From Steroidobacteraceae bacterium (GTDB taxonomy: Bacteria > Pseudomonadota > Gammaproteobacteria > Steroidobacterales > Steroidobacteraceae): a stretch of DNA of 64,000 nucleotides. Positions 38,095 to 46,790 of this stretch are shown one piece after another. The notes beneath the pieces were generated by a model. The model was given only the letters and a program-made list of their open reading frames with translations, did no database searches and had not been told where the DNA came from. Where the stretch lies: positions 14,081-78,080 of the forward strand of contig DAINQU010000011.1 of NCBI GenBank assembly GCA_036742455.1, given 5' to 3'. The stretch's first letter is position 1; each line of letters begins with the position of its first letter. A program made the translations under genes and the position numbers.

Positions 38095-38811
38095 TCAACC
38101 GCACTTAGAGTCCCCGCAATTGAGGCAGGTCATGCAACCGTCCAGCATGATCACTGCCGGAGTGCTGCACTTGCCGCAGAGCTGGGCGCCCTCCGGGTAA
38201 TGACCTTTGGACAGCGCATCCAACTGCTTGTTGCGCGACTCGAACTCTTCACGCTTCTGCGCGATCAGCTTTTTGCGATGCTCGTCCAGCTCCGGGACGG
38301 CCAACACGCCGATCGTCTGAAGATGCTTCTCAATCACGTAACCGAGTTCGGCAATGATTGATGGCATGAATTTTCCGCCCGGCTGCCAATAGCCACCGCG
38401 CGGATCAAACACCGCCTTGAGCTCTTCCACCATGAACGAGATATCGCCGCCTTTACGAAAAACGGCCGAAATGATTCGGGTCAACGCCACGATCCACTGG
38501 AAGTGATCCAAATTCTTCGAATTGATGAAAATTTCGAACGGTAAGCGGCGCTCACTGTCCGTACCCTCATTCAAAACGATGTCATTGATCGTGACATACA
38601 TGGCGTGATCGGACACTGGCGTCTTGATCTTGTAGGTGGAACCGATCAAGACGTCCGGACGCTGCATGCGCTCATGCAACTGAACGACGTTACTGACCGC
38701 TTTGGCCGCCGCCAATGCCTCGACCTTCTTCTCTTCAGCCGCTTTGGCAGCCGCCACATCGGCCGGCTTTTCAACGCGATACTTCGTGATTTTCTTGTTG
38801 ATCGTATGCAT
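38095..38811 (-). CDS. nrdJb: class II (adenosylcobalamin-dependent) ribonucleotide reductase, C-terminal polypeptide NrdJb
   Basis: Starts MHTINKK 1 nt after the nrdJa stop. Conserved LPFEIFINSKN...HFQWIVALTRIIS, and a Cys-rich tail CGKCSTPAVIMLDGCMTCLNCGDSKCG. Confidence 0.8.
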   Translation of the reverse strand: MHTINKKITKYRVEKPADVAAAKAAEEKKVEALAAAKAVSNVVQLHERMQRPDVLIGSTYKIKTPVSDHAMYVTINDIVLNEGTDSERRLPFEIFINSKNLDHFQWIVALTRIISAVFRKGGDISFMVEELKAVFDPRGGYWQPGGKFMPSIIAELGYVIEKHLQTIGVLAVPELDEHRKKLIAQKREEFESRNKQLDALSKGHYPEGAQLCGKCSTPAVIMLDGCMTCLNCGDSKCG

Positions 38812-38812
38812 G

Positions 38813-40957
38813 TCAGAACTTCCCGTAATAACCTTCTTTGAGGGCATCGAAGAGGTTGGATGCTGTGTGCATCTCGCCGTCGTATTCGATGGTCTCGTCG
38901 CCCCGGACCGACACTTCGGAGCCATCTTCAAGCGTAAACACGTAGGTCGTGTTCTTGAGATCTTCTTCTTTGACGATCACGCCGGTGAACACCTCGGGGT
39001 TGTAACGGAACGTCGTGCAGCCCTTCAGACCGTTCTCGTAGGCATACAGGTAGATGTTCTTGAAATCATCGTACTTGATGTCCGTCGGCACATTGGCGGT
39101 CTTTGAGATGCTTGAGTCAACCCACTTTTGCGCGGCCGCCTGCACGTCAACGTGCTGCTCAGGGGTGATCGAATCAGAGGTCACAAAGTAGTCCGGAAGA
39201 CTGTCCTCTGCGGTCGTCGCGCCCGGAATGGCTCGCGGGTTAATCAACGCCCGGTAGGCCAGTAACTCGAACGAGTAAACGTCGACGCGTTCTTTGGACT
39301 TCTTACCTTCGCGAATCACGTTACGGAAGTAATGATGCGCAAAGGACGGTTCGATCCCGTTCGATGCATTGTTCGCCAACGACAAAGAGATCGTGCCCGT
39401 CGGCGCAATTGAGCTGTGATGGGAGAAGCGGGCGCCGGTCGTCGCCAACTGATCGACCAAAGCCGGCGCGACAGCGGCGATGCGCTGCATGTACCGACTG
39501 TAGCGAGCGTGAAGAATGCGGCCAGGTATTTTTTGACCGATCTTCCAACCGTCTTGCGCCATTTCGGGACGCTGGCGCAGCATCTTTGCGGTCACGGTGA
39601 ATTCTTCGTTCATGATCGGCGCAGGGCCTTTTTCCCGCGCCAAATCAAGCCCAGCTTCCCAGCCGGCCACCGCCATTTCTCGCGACACGGCCTCCGTGAA
39701 CTGAATGGATTCTCCCGATCCATACTTCATGCCGAGCATCGTCATCGTGGAGCCTAAGCCAAGGAAGCCCATGCCATGGCGACGCTTGCGCATGATTTCG
39801 TCACGCTGCCCCGGGAGCGGCAACCCATTAATCTCCACGACGTTGTCCAGCATGCGCGTGAAAACCTTCACGACATCGCGGTATTCGTCCCAATCGAACG
39901 CAGCGTCTGCGGTGAAGGGATTACGAACGAAACGGGTCAGATTCACAGAGCCCAAAAGGCACGAGCCGTACGGCGGCAGGGGTTGCTCACCACACGGGTT
40001 GGTGGCGCGAATGTTTTCGCACCACCAGTTATTGTTCATCTCGTTGACGCGATCGATCAGGACGAAGCCAGGCTCCGCGAAATCGTACGTGGAGGCCATG
40101 ATGAAATCCCAAACGCGCCGTGCCGGCAGCGTCTTGTAGACTTTGCAACACACCAACCCGTCGTCGCGGGTGACGTAGCCTTCCGAGATCGGCCATTCCC
40201 GCCACAGGAATTTCGTGGAGTCGGACAGGTCACACTCGCCCGCCGCATACTCCTTCTGACGCAACGGGAAGGCCAGACGCCAGCTATCGTTCGCCTTAAC
40301 GGCTTCGATGAATTCGTCGGTGATCAGCAGCGACAAGTTGAACTGACGAAGCCGACCGTTCTCCCGCTTCGCCTTAATGAACTCCATGACATCCGGATGG
40401 CCCACGTCGAACGTTCCCATCTGCGCGCCACGGCGTCCACCGGCCGATGACACGGTGAAACACATTTTGTCGTAGATATCCATGAAGGACAGCGGGCCCG
40501 ACGTGTACGCACCGGCGCCCGAGACGTAGGCCCCACGGGGCCGCAGTGTCGAAAATTCGTAGCCGATGCCACAGCCGGCCTTCAGCGTGAGCCCCGCCTC
40601 GTGGACCTTGTTCAGGATGTCGTCCATCGAATCGGAGATTGTTCCGGAGACGGTGCAATTGATCGTTGAGGTGGCCGGTTTGTGCTCCAACGCGCCCGCG
40701 TTCGAAATGATACGACCCGCCGGGATAGCGCCCTTGCGCAGCGCCCAGAGAAAACGTTCAAACCACACCGAACGTACTTCGGGTGATTCCACGTCGGCCA
40801 GCGCCACCGCCACCCGGTGATAGGTGTCGTCCATTGACTGGTCTACCGCGACGCCATCCTTTGCGGTTAAGCGGTACTTCTTGTCCCAAATATCCAACGA
40901 CGCTTCCTGAAACGGAACCGCCATTTCCTTCTGTTCCATCTTGTGGGCCGTACTCAT
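38813..40957 (-). CDS. nrdJa: class II (adenosylcobalamin-dependent) ribonucleotide reductase, large N-terminal polypeptide NrdJa
   Basis: RNR catalytic motifs: NCTVSG, GGRRGA, NPCGEQPLPPYGSCLLGSVNL, SIAPTGTIS. Confidence 0.9.
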   Translation of the reverse strand: MSTAHKMEQKEMAVPFQEASLDIWDKKYRLTAKDGVAVDQSMDDTYHRVAVALADVESPEVRSVWFERFLWALRKGAIPAGRIISNAGALEHKPATSTINCTVSGTISDSMDDILNKVHEAGLTLKAGCGIGYEFSTLRPRGAYVSGAGAYTSGPLSFMDIYDKMCFTVSSAGGRRGAQMGTFDVGHPDVMEFIKAKRENGRLRQFNLSLLITDEFIEAVKANDSWRLAFPLRQKEYAAGECDLSDSTKFLWREWPISEGYVTRDDGLVCCKVYKTLPARRVWDFIMASTYDFAEPGFVLIDRVNEMNNNWWCENIRATNPCGEQPLPPYGSCLLGSVNLTRFVRNPFTADAAFDWDEYRDVVKVFTRMLDNVVEINGLPLPGQRDEIMRKRRHGMGFLGLGSTMTMLGMKYGSGESIQFTEAVSREMAVAGWEAGLDLAREKGPAPIMNEEFTVTAKMLRQRPEMAQDGWKIGQKIPGRILHARYSRYMQRIAAVAPALVDQLATTGARFSHHSSIAPTGTISLSLANNASNGIEPSFAHHYFRNVIREGKKSKERVDVYSFELLAYRALINPRAIPGATTAEDSLPDYFVTSDSITPEQHVDVQAAAQKWVDSSISKTANVPTDIKYDDFKNIYLYAYENGLKGCTTFRYNPEVFTGVIVKEEDLKNTTYVFTLEDGSEVSVRGDETIEYDGEMHTASNLFDALKEGYYGKF

Positions 40958-41090
40958 CTGATTCGGTGCTCCGTTGAGCGATATATCGTTCTTGTTAATG
41001 CCAGGCGCGACCGCGTGTCAGGGACCCCTCCGGCGACGCGCGTCGTCGCCTGCTTCATCCCCCGTCCGCAACCGCTTGGGTTTTCGTTCA

Positions 41091-41106
41091 ACACAACATC
41101 TTGTGC
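41091..41106. promoter_or_regulatory. NrdR-box-like palindrome (proximal to nrdJa)
   Basis: ACACAACATCTTGTGC matches the published NrdR box pattern acaCwAnATnTwGtgt. Confidence 0.5.
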
Positions 41107-41267
41107 TGAGGCGTCTACGTTATTTTTGCGGAGCTCGTGAGTCAAGAACAACCTTGGACTATTTGAGAGGGTGATTTAAGCATGACAAAACAATGACTTA
41201 ATGTTTTTTTAGTGAGTTTGACGTCCCCCCGCGCGCGGATTTTTTTTGTCAAGTGGAAAAAAACGGG

Positions 41268-41283
41268 AACACTACATCTTGTG
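41268..41283. promoter_or_regulatory. NrdR-box-like palindrome (distal)
   Basis: ACACTACATCTTGTGT matches acaCwAnATnTwGtgt at every constrained position. Confidence 0.55.
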
Positions 41284-41339
41284 TTTTCTGGATCGGGCGG
41301 GCGGCGTATGACCTTCGGATTCCCCCAATCCGGCCGCGC

Positions 41340-41367
41340 CTTGAAAACAACGGGGCTCGCCCTATTT
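41340..41367 (+). promoter_or_regulatory. candidate sigma32 promoter of the hsp20 gene
   Basis: CTTGAAA-N13-CCCTATTT against the consensus CTTGAAA-N13/14-CCCCATNT. It lies 37 nt upstream of the ATG. Confidence 0.6.
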
Positions 41368-41403
41368 CGATTCCACCAACCCGTTCTATAGGAGGAACGA
41401 ACC

Positions 41404-41841
41404 ATGACACTCCATCGCTACGAACCTTGGTATTTGGTGAATCGGCTGCACAACGATCTGGACCGCCTGCTCTCGCCGACACCGAGCGAGGACGGCCCTC
41501 AGGGCCTCGCCAATTGGGCGCCCCACGTCGACATTCAGGAGGAAGCCAACCGTTTCGTCCTGCACGCCGACCTTCCTGGAGTTGACCCTAAAGACATCGA
41601 CGTGACGCTCGAAAAGGGAGTCCTCACCCTGCGAGGGAAGCGTGCGCTGCAAACGCGTGACGAAAAAAATGGCTTCCGGCGCGTCGAACGCGTCAGCGGC
41701 GAGTTTTTCCGCAGTTTCACGCTACCGGACACGGCCGACTCGCAATCGGTGCGTGCGCGCCATGCCAACGGTGTTCTGGAAGTCACCATTCCCAAGCAAG
41801 CGCACGTCATGCCACGTCGCATCGACATAGAAGCCGCCTAA
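41404..41841 (+). CDS. Hsp20/alpha-crystallin family small heat-shock protein (IbpA-like)
   Basis: WAPHVDIQEEANRFVLHADLPGVDPKDIDVTLEKGVLTLRGKR ... FFRSFTLPD ... ANGVLEVTIPK. AGGAGG SD. Confidence 0.9.
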   Translation: MTLHRYEPWYLVNRLHNDLDRLLSPTPSEDGPQGLANWAPHVDIQEEANRFVLHADLPGVDPKDIDVTLEKGVLTLRGKRALQTRDEKNGFRRVERVSGEFFRSFTLPDTADSQSVRARHANGVLEVTIPKQAHVMPRRIDIEAA

Positions 41842-41852
41842 GGCGCAGCCAC

Positions 41853-41882
41853 GGGGCGACAGCGGTCGCCCCGGAACTTTTT
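41853..41882 (+). terminator. possible rho-independent terminator after hsp20
   Basis: GGGGCGAC-AGCG-GTCGCCCC stem followed by GGAACTTTTT. The T-run is interrupted. Confidence 0.45.
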
Positions 41883-41967
41883 GCGCCTGTCGCGAGTCTT
41901 TAAGGCCGAGAGTCACCCATCCGGCGGGTGGGTGACAATGGCCACAAAACACAACGAAGGGATTTTC

Positions 41968-43359
41968 ATGTTGACCACTCGTTCTGCGAGCCGCACCGCT
42001 GTCTGCGCCCTCGCTGTCTTGTTTACTGCCGGCCTGATCAGTGCACGTCCGGCCAGGGCGGAAGGGCATCTCCCGATGGAGGTGGCCGGCGCGGCGATGC
42101 CGTCACTCGCGCCGATCGTCAAGAAGGCCTCCCCAGCCGTCGTCAATATCTCAACGCGCGGTACCGTCGCCGAGAAGGGCGCACATAACCCGTTGTTTGA
42201 TGACCCATTTTTTAAGCGGTTTTTTGATACACCGGAGATGGCGCCGCGCCAGAGGCAGTTCCAGAGCGCCGGTTCGGGCGTGGTCGTTGACGCCAAACAA
42301 GGCTTCATCATCACCAACGCGCACGTCATCGAAAACGCCAACGAGATCACCGTTACCACCCACGACGGGCACGACTACAAGGCCACGGTCGTCGGTTCTG
42401 ACGTCGGCGCCGACGTTGCGTTGATCAAAGTGAAGGATGCAAAACTCGCCGAACTACCGATCGGAGATTCCAGCAAGGCCGAAGTCGGTGATTTCGTTCT
42501 TGCGATAGGTAACCCATTCGGACTACAGCACACCGTCACCTACGGCATCATTAGCGCGGTTGGGCGTTCAGGCATCAACCCCGACGGCTACGAGGACTTT
42601 ATTCAGACGGACGCCTCAATTAACCCGGGCAATTCGGGGGGCGCGCTGATCAACTTGCGAGGCGAGCTCGTCGGGATCAATTCCGCCATTTTGTCGCGCT
42701 CTGGCGGAAATATCGGCATTGGCTTTGCCATTCCGTCCAACATGGTCCGATCGATCATGGACCAACTGGTCAAATACGGCGAGGTCAAACGCGGACTACT
42801 CGGCGTCAGTATTCTCACGCTGACTCCGGATCTCGCGGACAACTTAGGCGCAAAGGATCTTCAAGGCGCTCTGGTACAACAGGTCGTCGAAGGCTCGGCG
42901 GCCGAAAAGGCCGGCCTCAAAGCGGGCGACGTGATCACGGCCGTTAACAATCAAGCCATCAAGAGCGGCCCGGAACTGCGCAACCGCATCGGACTGATGC
43001 GAGTCGGCGAAGTGGTGGAACTGACGTACTACCGCGACGGCAAATCGCATCACACGAGCGCGACCGTCGCCGCGAAGGGAGCCGCACCGGGTGAAGACTC
43101 CCCGGCGGGCGACTTGCATCGCGCGTTCGAGGGCGCTGATCTGGGCGATGCGGCGAATTCGGGTGGCGTACTCGTCCGGGCCGTCGAAGCTGAGAGCCCC
43201 GCCGCGCAGGCTGGCTTACGGCCTAACGACGTCATCACCGCCGTCAATCGCCAGAAAGTGAGCGGCATGAAGGACCTGCGGGCCATCGTCAAGGGACAGC
43301 AGAGCCTTCTGCTGACGATTCGCCGCGGCGATGCGATCTTGGTCGTACCGGTTCGCTGA
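41968..43359 (+). CDS. DegP/DegQ/MucD-family periplasmic serine endoprotease (two PDZ domains)
   Basis: Signal peptide from MLTTRSASRTAVCALAVLF. Catalytic triad contexts TNAHVIENA, DVALIKV and NPGNSGGALIN. Two PDZ-like regions. Confidence 0.85.
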   Translation: MLTTRSASRTAVCALAVLFTAGLISARPARAEGHLPMEVAGAAMPSLAPIVKKASPAVVNISTRGTVAEKGAHNPLFDDPFFKRFFDTPEMAPRQRQFQSAGSGVVVDAKQGFIITNAHVIENANEITVTTHDGHDYKATVVGSDVGADVALIKVKDAKLAELPIGDSSKAEVGDFVLAIGNPFGLQHTVTYGIISAVGRSGINPDGYEDFIQTDASINPGNSGGALINLRGELVGINSAILSRSGGNIGIGFAIPSNMVRSIMDQLVKYGEVKRGLLGVSILTLTPDLADNLGAKDLQGALVQQVVEGSAAEKAGLKAGDVITAVNNQAIKSGPELRNRIGLMRVGEVVELTYYRDGKSHHTSATVAAKGAAPGEDSPAGDLHRAFEGADLGDAANSGGVLVRAVEAESPAAQAGLRPNDVITAVNRQKVSGMKDLRAIVKGQQSLLLTIRRGDAILVVPVR

Positions 43360-43383
43360 CGTAACGCTCGCTCTGCGAGTAGG

Positions 43384-43419
43384 ATCCCGGTCATCGACCC
43401 AGATGGCCGGGATTTTTTT
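43384..43419 (+). terminator. rho-independent terminator after the degP-like gene
   Basis: ATCCCGGTCATC-GACCCA-GATGGCCGGGAT stem (one G-U pair) followed by TTTTTTT. Confidence 0.6.
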
Positions 43420-44331
43420 ATGCAGCCTCGTAAATTTCTCATCCTCGGCGGCACGGGCTTTGTGGGCTCGGCGCTGGCGCATCGACTGGTTCGCGACGGC
43501 CACACGCTGATCCTTCCCACGCGCTCGCCCAGCCGACACCCCGATTTGCAGGTCTTACCTTCGGTCCGACTCCTCGCCGCCGATATTCACCACGAACCGA
43601 CGCTCCGGCAGCTGACTGCCTCGGTAGACGTGGTGGTGAACTTGGTCGGCATCTTGAATGAGCCCGGACACGACGGCGAGGGGTTCCGCCGCGCGCACAC
43701 CGAACTCACCGCGAAGGTGCTCCGTGCGTGTACCGAAAGCGGCGTGACCCGACTCTTGCACATGAGTTCACTGCAAGCGTCCCCCGATGCCCCGAGCCAT
43801 TACCTGCGCAGCAAAGGGTTGGCCGAGCAACTCGTTCGTAGCGAGGCCAGGATCGCGGCGACCATTTTCAGGCCATCCGTTATTTTTGGGCGGCACGATT
43901 CCCTGACGAATCGCTTCGCCCAGTTGCTTCGCTTCGTGCCAGTCCTGCCCTTGGCGCGGGCCAATGCGCTGTTTGCACCGGTCCACGTCGCAGATGTGGT
44001 TGAAGCCATGGCGCGCACACTGGACCTCCCGGCGAGTATCGGCGCAACGTACGAGCTTGGCGGACCCGAGACGGTCACGCTCGCCGATTTGGTTCGCTAC
44101 GTCGCGCAAGTCACCGGTCGACGACGGTGGATTTTTGGCATCCCCGATTGGGCCGGGCGCGTTCAGGCGTGGGTGTTCGAGCGACTCCCCGGCAAGGTGT
44201 TGTCGGTCGACAATTTCAACTCGCTGGCACTGCCAAGTGTACCCACGCACAACGGTTTTGCGGCGCTCGGTCTGCAGCCGGCGTCGCTCGCTGCGGTGGT
44301 ACCGGGCTATCTCCAACCCGTTAAGCGCTAA
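43420..44331 (+). CDS. NAD(P)-dependent epimerase/dehydratase-type SDR (NDUFA9-like)
   Basis: N-terminal Rossmann ILGGTGFVGSALAHRLVRDGH. Extended SDR length with YLRSK (YxxxK). Confidence 0.8.
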   Translation: MQPRKFLILGGTGFVGSALAHRLVRDGHTLILPTRSPSRHPDLQVLPSVRLLAADIHHEPTLRQLTASVDVVVNLVGILNEPGHDGEGFRRAHTELTAKVLRACTESGVTRLLHMSSLQASPDAPSHYLRSKGLAEQLVRSEARIAATIFRPSVIFGRHDSLTNRFAQLLRFVPVLPLARANALFAPVHVADVVEAMARTLDLPASIGATYELGGPETVTLADLVRYVAQVTGRRRWIFGIPDWAGRVQAWVFERLPGKVLSVDNFNSLALPSVPTHNGFAALGLQPASLAAVVPGYLQPVKR

Positions 44332-44358
44332 CGCCCCCTCTGCGCATAGAATCTCAGC

Positions 44359-45591
44359 ATGGAAATCTTTCTGGTGGGCGGCGCCGTCCGCGATGAACTG
44401 CTGGGTCGACCGGTCCGTGAGCACGACTGGGTCGTTGTCGGCGCCACCCCGGAGGAGCTGGAGCGCCTGGGCTTTCGCCAAGTGGGTAAGGACTTCCCAG
44501 TCTTCCTCCATCCCGAGACCCACGAGGAATATGCGCTCGCCCGCACAGAGCGAAAAATCGCCCCGGGGTACCACGGCTTTGAAACGCGTTTTTCGCCGGA
44601 TGTCACACTGGTTGAGGATCTCCTCCGCCGGGATCTGACCATCAATGCCATGGCTCGCGCCCCGGATGGCACGCTGATCGACCCCTACGGCGGCGCGCAG
44701 GATCTGGAGAATCGGGTTCTGCGGCACGTCTCGGAGGCTTTTGCTGAGGATCCGGTGCGCATCCTGCGGCTCGCACGGTTTGCGGCTCGCTACGCCGCGT
44801 TGGGGTTCACTGTGGCCCCGGAAACGCAGGCCCTCATGCGCCAGATGACAGCCGCCGGCGAGGTAGATGCCTTGGTGGCGGAACGGGTCTGGGCGGAAAC
44901 CGCGAAGGCGCTGACCGAACCCTGCCCGACGGCGTTTTTCGCAGTACTTCGCGCATGCGGCGCACTCGCCGTCATTTTCCCAGAACTCGATCGCCTGTAC
45001 GGCATCCCGCAACCGGAGCGTTGGCATCCCGAGGTGGATACCGGTCTTCATGTGGAGTTGGTGTTGCAGGCAGCGGCCCAATTGTCCACTGAGTCGCGCG
45101 TGCGTTTTGCCGCCTTAGTGCACGATCTCGGCAAAGGAACCACGCCTCGCGACGAGTGGCCCAAACACCACGGTCACGAATCTCGCGGCGTCAAACTCGT
45201 CGAGTCGCTCTGTGCGCGATTGCGCGTTCCCAATGATCACCGCGAGTTAGGCGTCATGGTCTGCCGGGAGCACGGTATCGTCCACCGAGCGATGGAACTT
45301 CGACCGGAAACCGTGCTCACACTCTTTGAACGATGCGACGCGTTTCGCCGGTCGGACCGATTTGCTGAATGCCTGATTGCCTGTACAGCGGATGCGCGCG
45401 GTCGAACGGGTCATGAATCGGCGCCTTATCCCCAAGCAACATTTTTGGCGCAGGCCTTGGAGGCCGCCCGGAGCGTTGCAGTGACCTCGGCAGAGCGCAC
45501 GGGATTGGACGGGTCCGCTATCGGCAGACTGCTGGGCCAGAAACGCTTAGCGGCATTGACGGCCGTCTGCCGGACTCGCGATCACAGCTGA
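44359..45591 (+). CDS. cca: multifunctional CCA-adding tRNA nucleotidyltransferase with HD domain
   Basis: MEIFLVGGAVRDELLGRPVREHDWVVVG, RDLTINAMA, and HD region LVHDLGKG. Confidence 0.9.
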   Translation: MEIFLVGGAVRDELLGRPVREHDWVVVGATPEELERLGFRQVGKDFPVFLHPETHEEYALARTERKIAPGYHGFETRFSPDVTLVEDLLRRDLTINAMARAPDGTLIDPYGGAQDLENRVLRHVSEAFAEDPVRILRLARFAARYAALGFTVAPETQALMRQMTAAGEVDALVAERVWAETAKALTEPCPTAFFAVLRACGALAVIFPELDRLYGIPQPERWHPEVDTGLHVELVLQAAAQLSTESRVRFAALVHDLGKGTTPRDEWPKHHGHESRGVKLVESLCARLRVPNDHRELGVMVCREHGIVHRAMELRPETVLTLFERCDAFRRSDRFAECLIACTADARGRTGHESAPYPQATFLAQALEAARSVAVTSAERTGLDGSAIGRLLGQKRLAALTAVCRTRDHS

Positions 45592-46751
45592 TCGGTGAAA
45601 TCCCGGATCTGAAAGCCCAGTAGGTCGCCTTCGTAATGCCGGGTCAGTGCGATGCACTTGAATCGCTCGCCCATATCGTGAGGCATTACCAGCCGTAACG
45701 CCGCGCGCGCTGCCAAGGGTTCGCGGTCCGCCGCTAAGCGGGCACGCAGCGACGCGAGGTGCCCCTCAAATCCGCAAGCGAGCAAATAGCAACCCTGCGT
45801 GGTGTAGCCGGCGACCTCCATCCCCGCGGCGAGGCCAGCCTCGGCCACCGCAGTGAAGTCGACCCAAGCCGTGATGTCTTGCAGGCCGAGATGAACGAAC
45901 GGGTCTTGATGAAGGCGGTGGCGATGGAACGCGACGAGGGTCCCGTGCATGCGCTCTGCCGTGTACAGACGGGCACGCGTATCACCGTAATCGACGAATA
46001 AGGCAACGCCCCGCGACAGGCAGCGAGTCACTTCTGCCAGCCAGCTGTTGATCGTGGGACAGACCTCGGCGTGTTGACCCGGCGTCAGGTGTATGCCGCG
46101 TTGTGCCAAGAGCGACGTCAGCGCAGGCGATGCGGGGCGGGGCGATGCGCGAAAGTGTCCGCCGTCCCGTATAACGCCGAGCTCATCCACGCTTGCCTCA
46201 TTCCCACACACGCGAACGACCGGCAACGCGTCGAGGACTTCATTCGCCAGCACCATGCCTTGAAACGCCTGTTCGGGCGGGCGGTCCAGCCACATCACGC
46301 GAGCGCGGATAGCGGCGGGAAGTCGGTCGAGGCGGGCTTGCTGGCGCTCGCGCAGATCGGGGCTGGTCTCGAGGATCCAATACCGATCCGGTAGGCACCC
46401 GGATTCGGCCATCGCCTGCAGTATCTCCTCCGCCAAGGCACCCGTTCCCGCGCCAATTTCAAGCACGTCGCCACCGCCCAATGCGGATAGCACGCGACTG
46501 CACTCCGCGCCGAGGCACCGTCCGAAGACCGGCGACAGTTCCGGCGCCGTCACGAAATCCCCGCCGGCACCGAGTTTATGAGCGCCGGCGGCGTAATACC
46601 CGAGACCGGGTGCATACAGCGCCAACGACATGAACTGATCAAACCCTAACCAGCCACCGGCGGTGTCGATCGCGGCGGCAATATGGGCACGCAGGCGGGC
46701 CTCGTGAGCCTGTTCGTCGTTGGACAGCGGGACAAAATCTAAAGGCAGCAT
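45582..46751 (-). CDS. class I SAM-dependent methyltransferase, MidA/NDUFAF7 (DUF185) family
   Basis: FDQFMSLALYAPGLGYYAAG, GDFVTAPELSPVFG, VLEIGAGTGALA. The start at 46751 is preferred; the upstream extension runs antisense to the next gene. Confidence 0.8.
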   Translation of the reverse strand: MLPLDFVPLSNDEQAHEARLRAHIAAAIDTAGGWLGFDQFMSLALYAPGLGYYAAGAHKLGAGGDFVTAPELSPVFGRCLGAECSRVLSALGGGDVLEIGAGTGALAEEILQAMAESGCLPDRYWILETSPDLRERQQARLDRLPAAIRARVMWLDRPPEQAFQGMVLANEVLDALPVVRVCGNEASVDELGVIRDGGHFRASPRPASPALTSLLAQRGIHLTPGQHAEVCPTINSWLAEVTRCLSRGVALFVDYGDTRARLYTAERMHGTLVAFHRHRLHQDPFVHLGLQDITAWVDFTAVAEAGLAAGMEVAGYTTQGCYLLACGFEGHLASLRARLAADREPLAARAALRLVMPHDMGERFKCIALTRHYEGDLLGFQIRDFTDQL

Positions 46752-46790
46752 GGCTCGTGCGCAGAAGTCGAGGTTGTGTATCCTCACCCG

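Noticed and set aside
40958-41090. Possible riboswitch (such as a cobalamin riboswitch) in the GC-rich nrdJ leader
   Set aside because: None of the cobalamin riboswitch core motifs (GGGAA...GCCCCCGCAAC, B12 box) are present. B12 riboswitches normally repress B12-independent isozymes, not nrdJ. Only generic GC-rich pairing is visible.
43768-45081. 437-aa ORF on the minus strand spanning the SDR and cca genes
   Set aside because: It runs antisense to two confidently recognised genes. It is Arg/Gly/Pro-rich with no motifs. This is the typical shadow ORF of GC-rich DNA.
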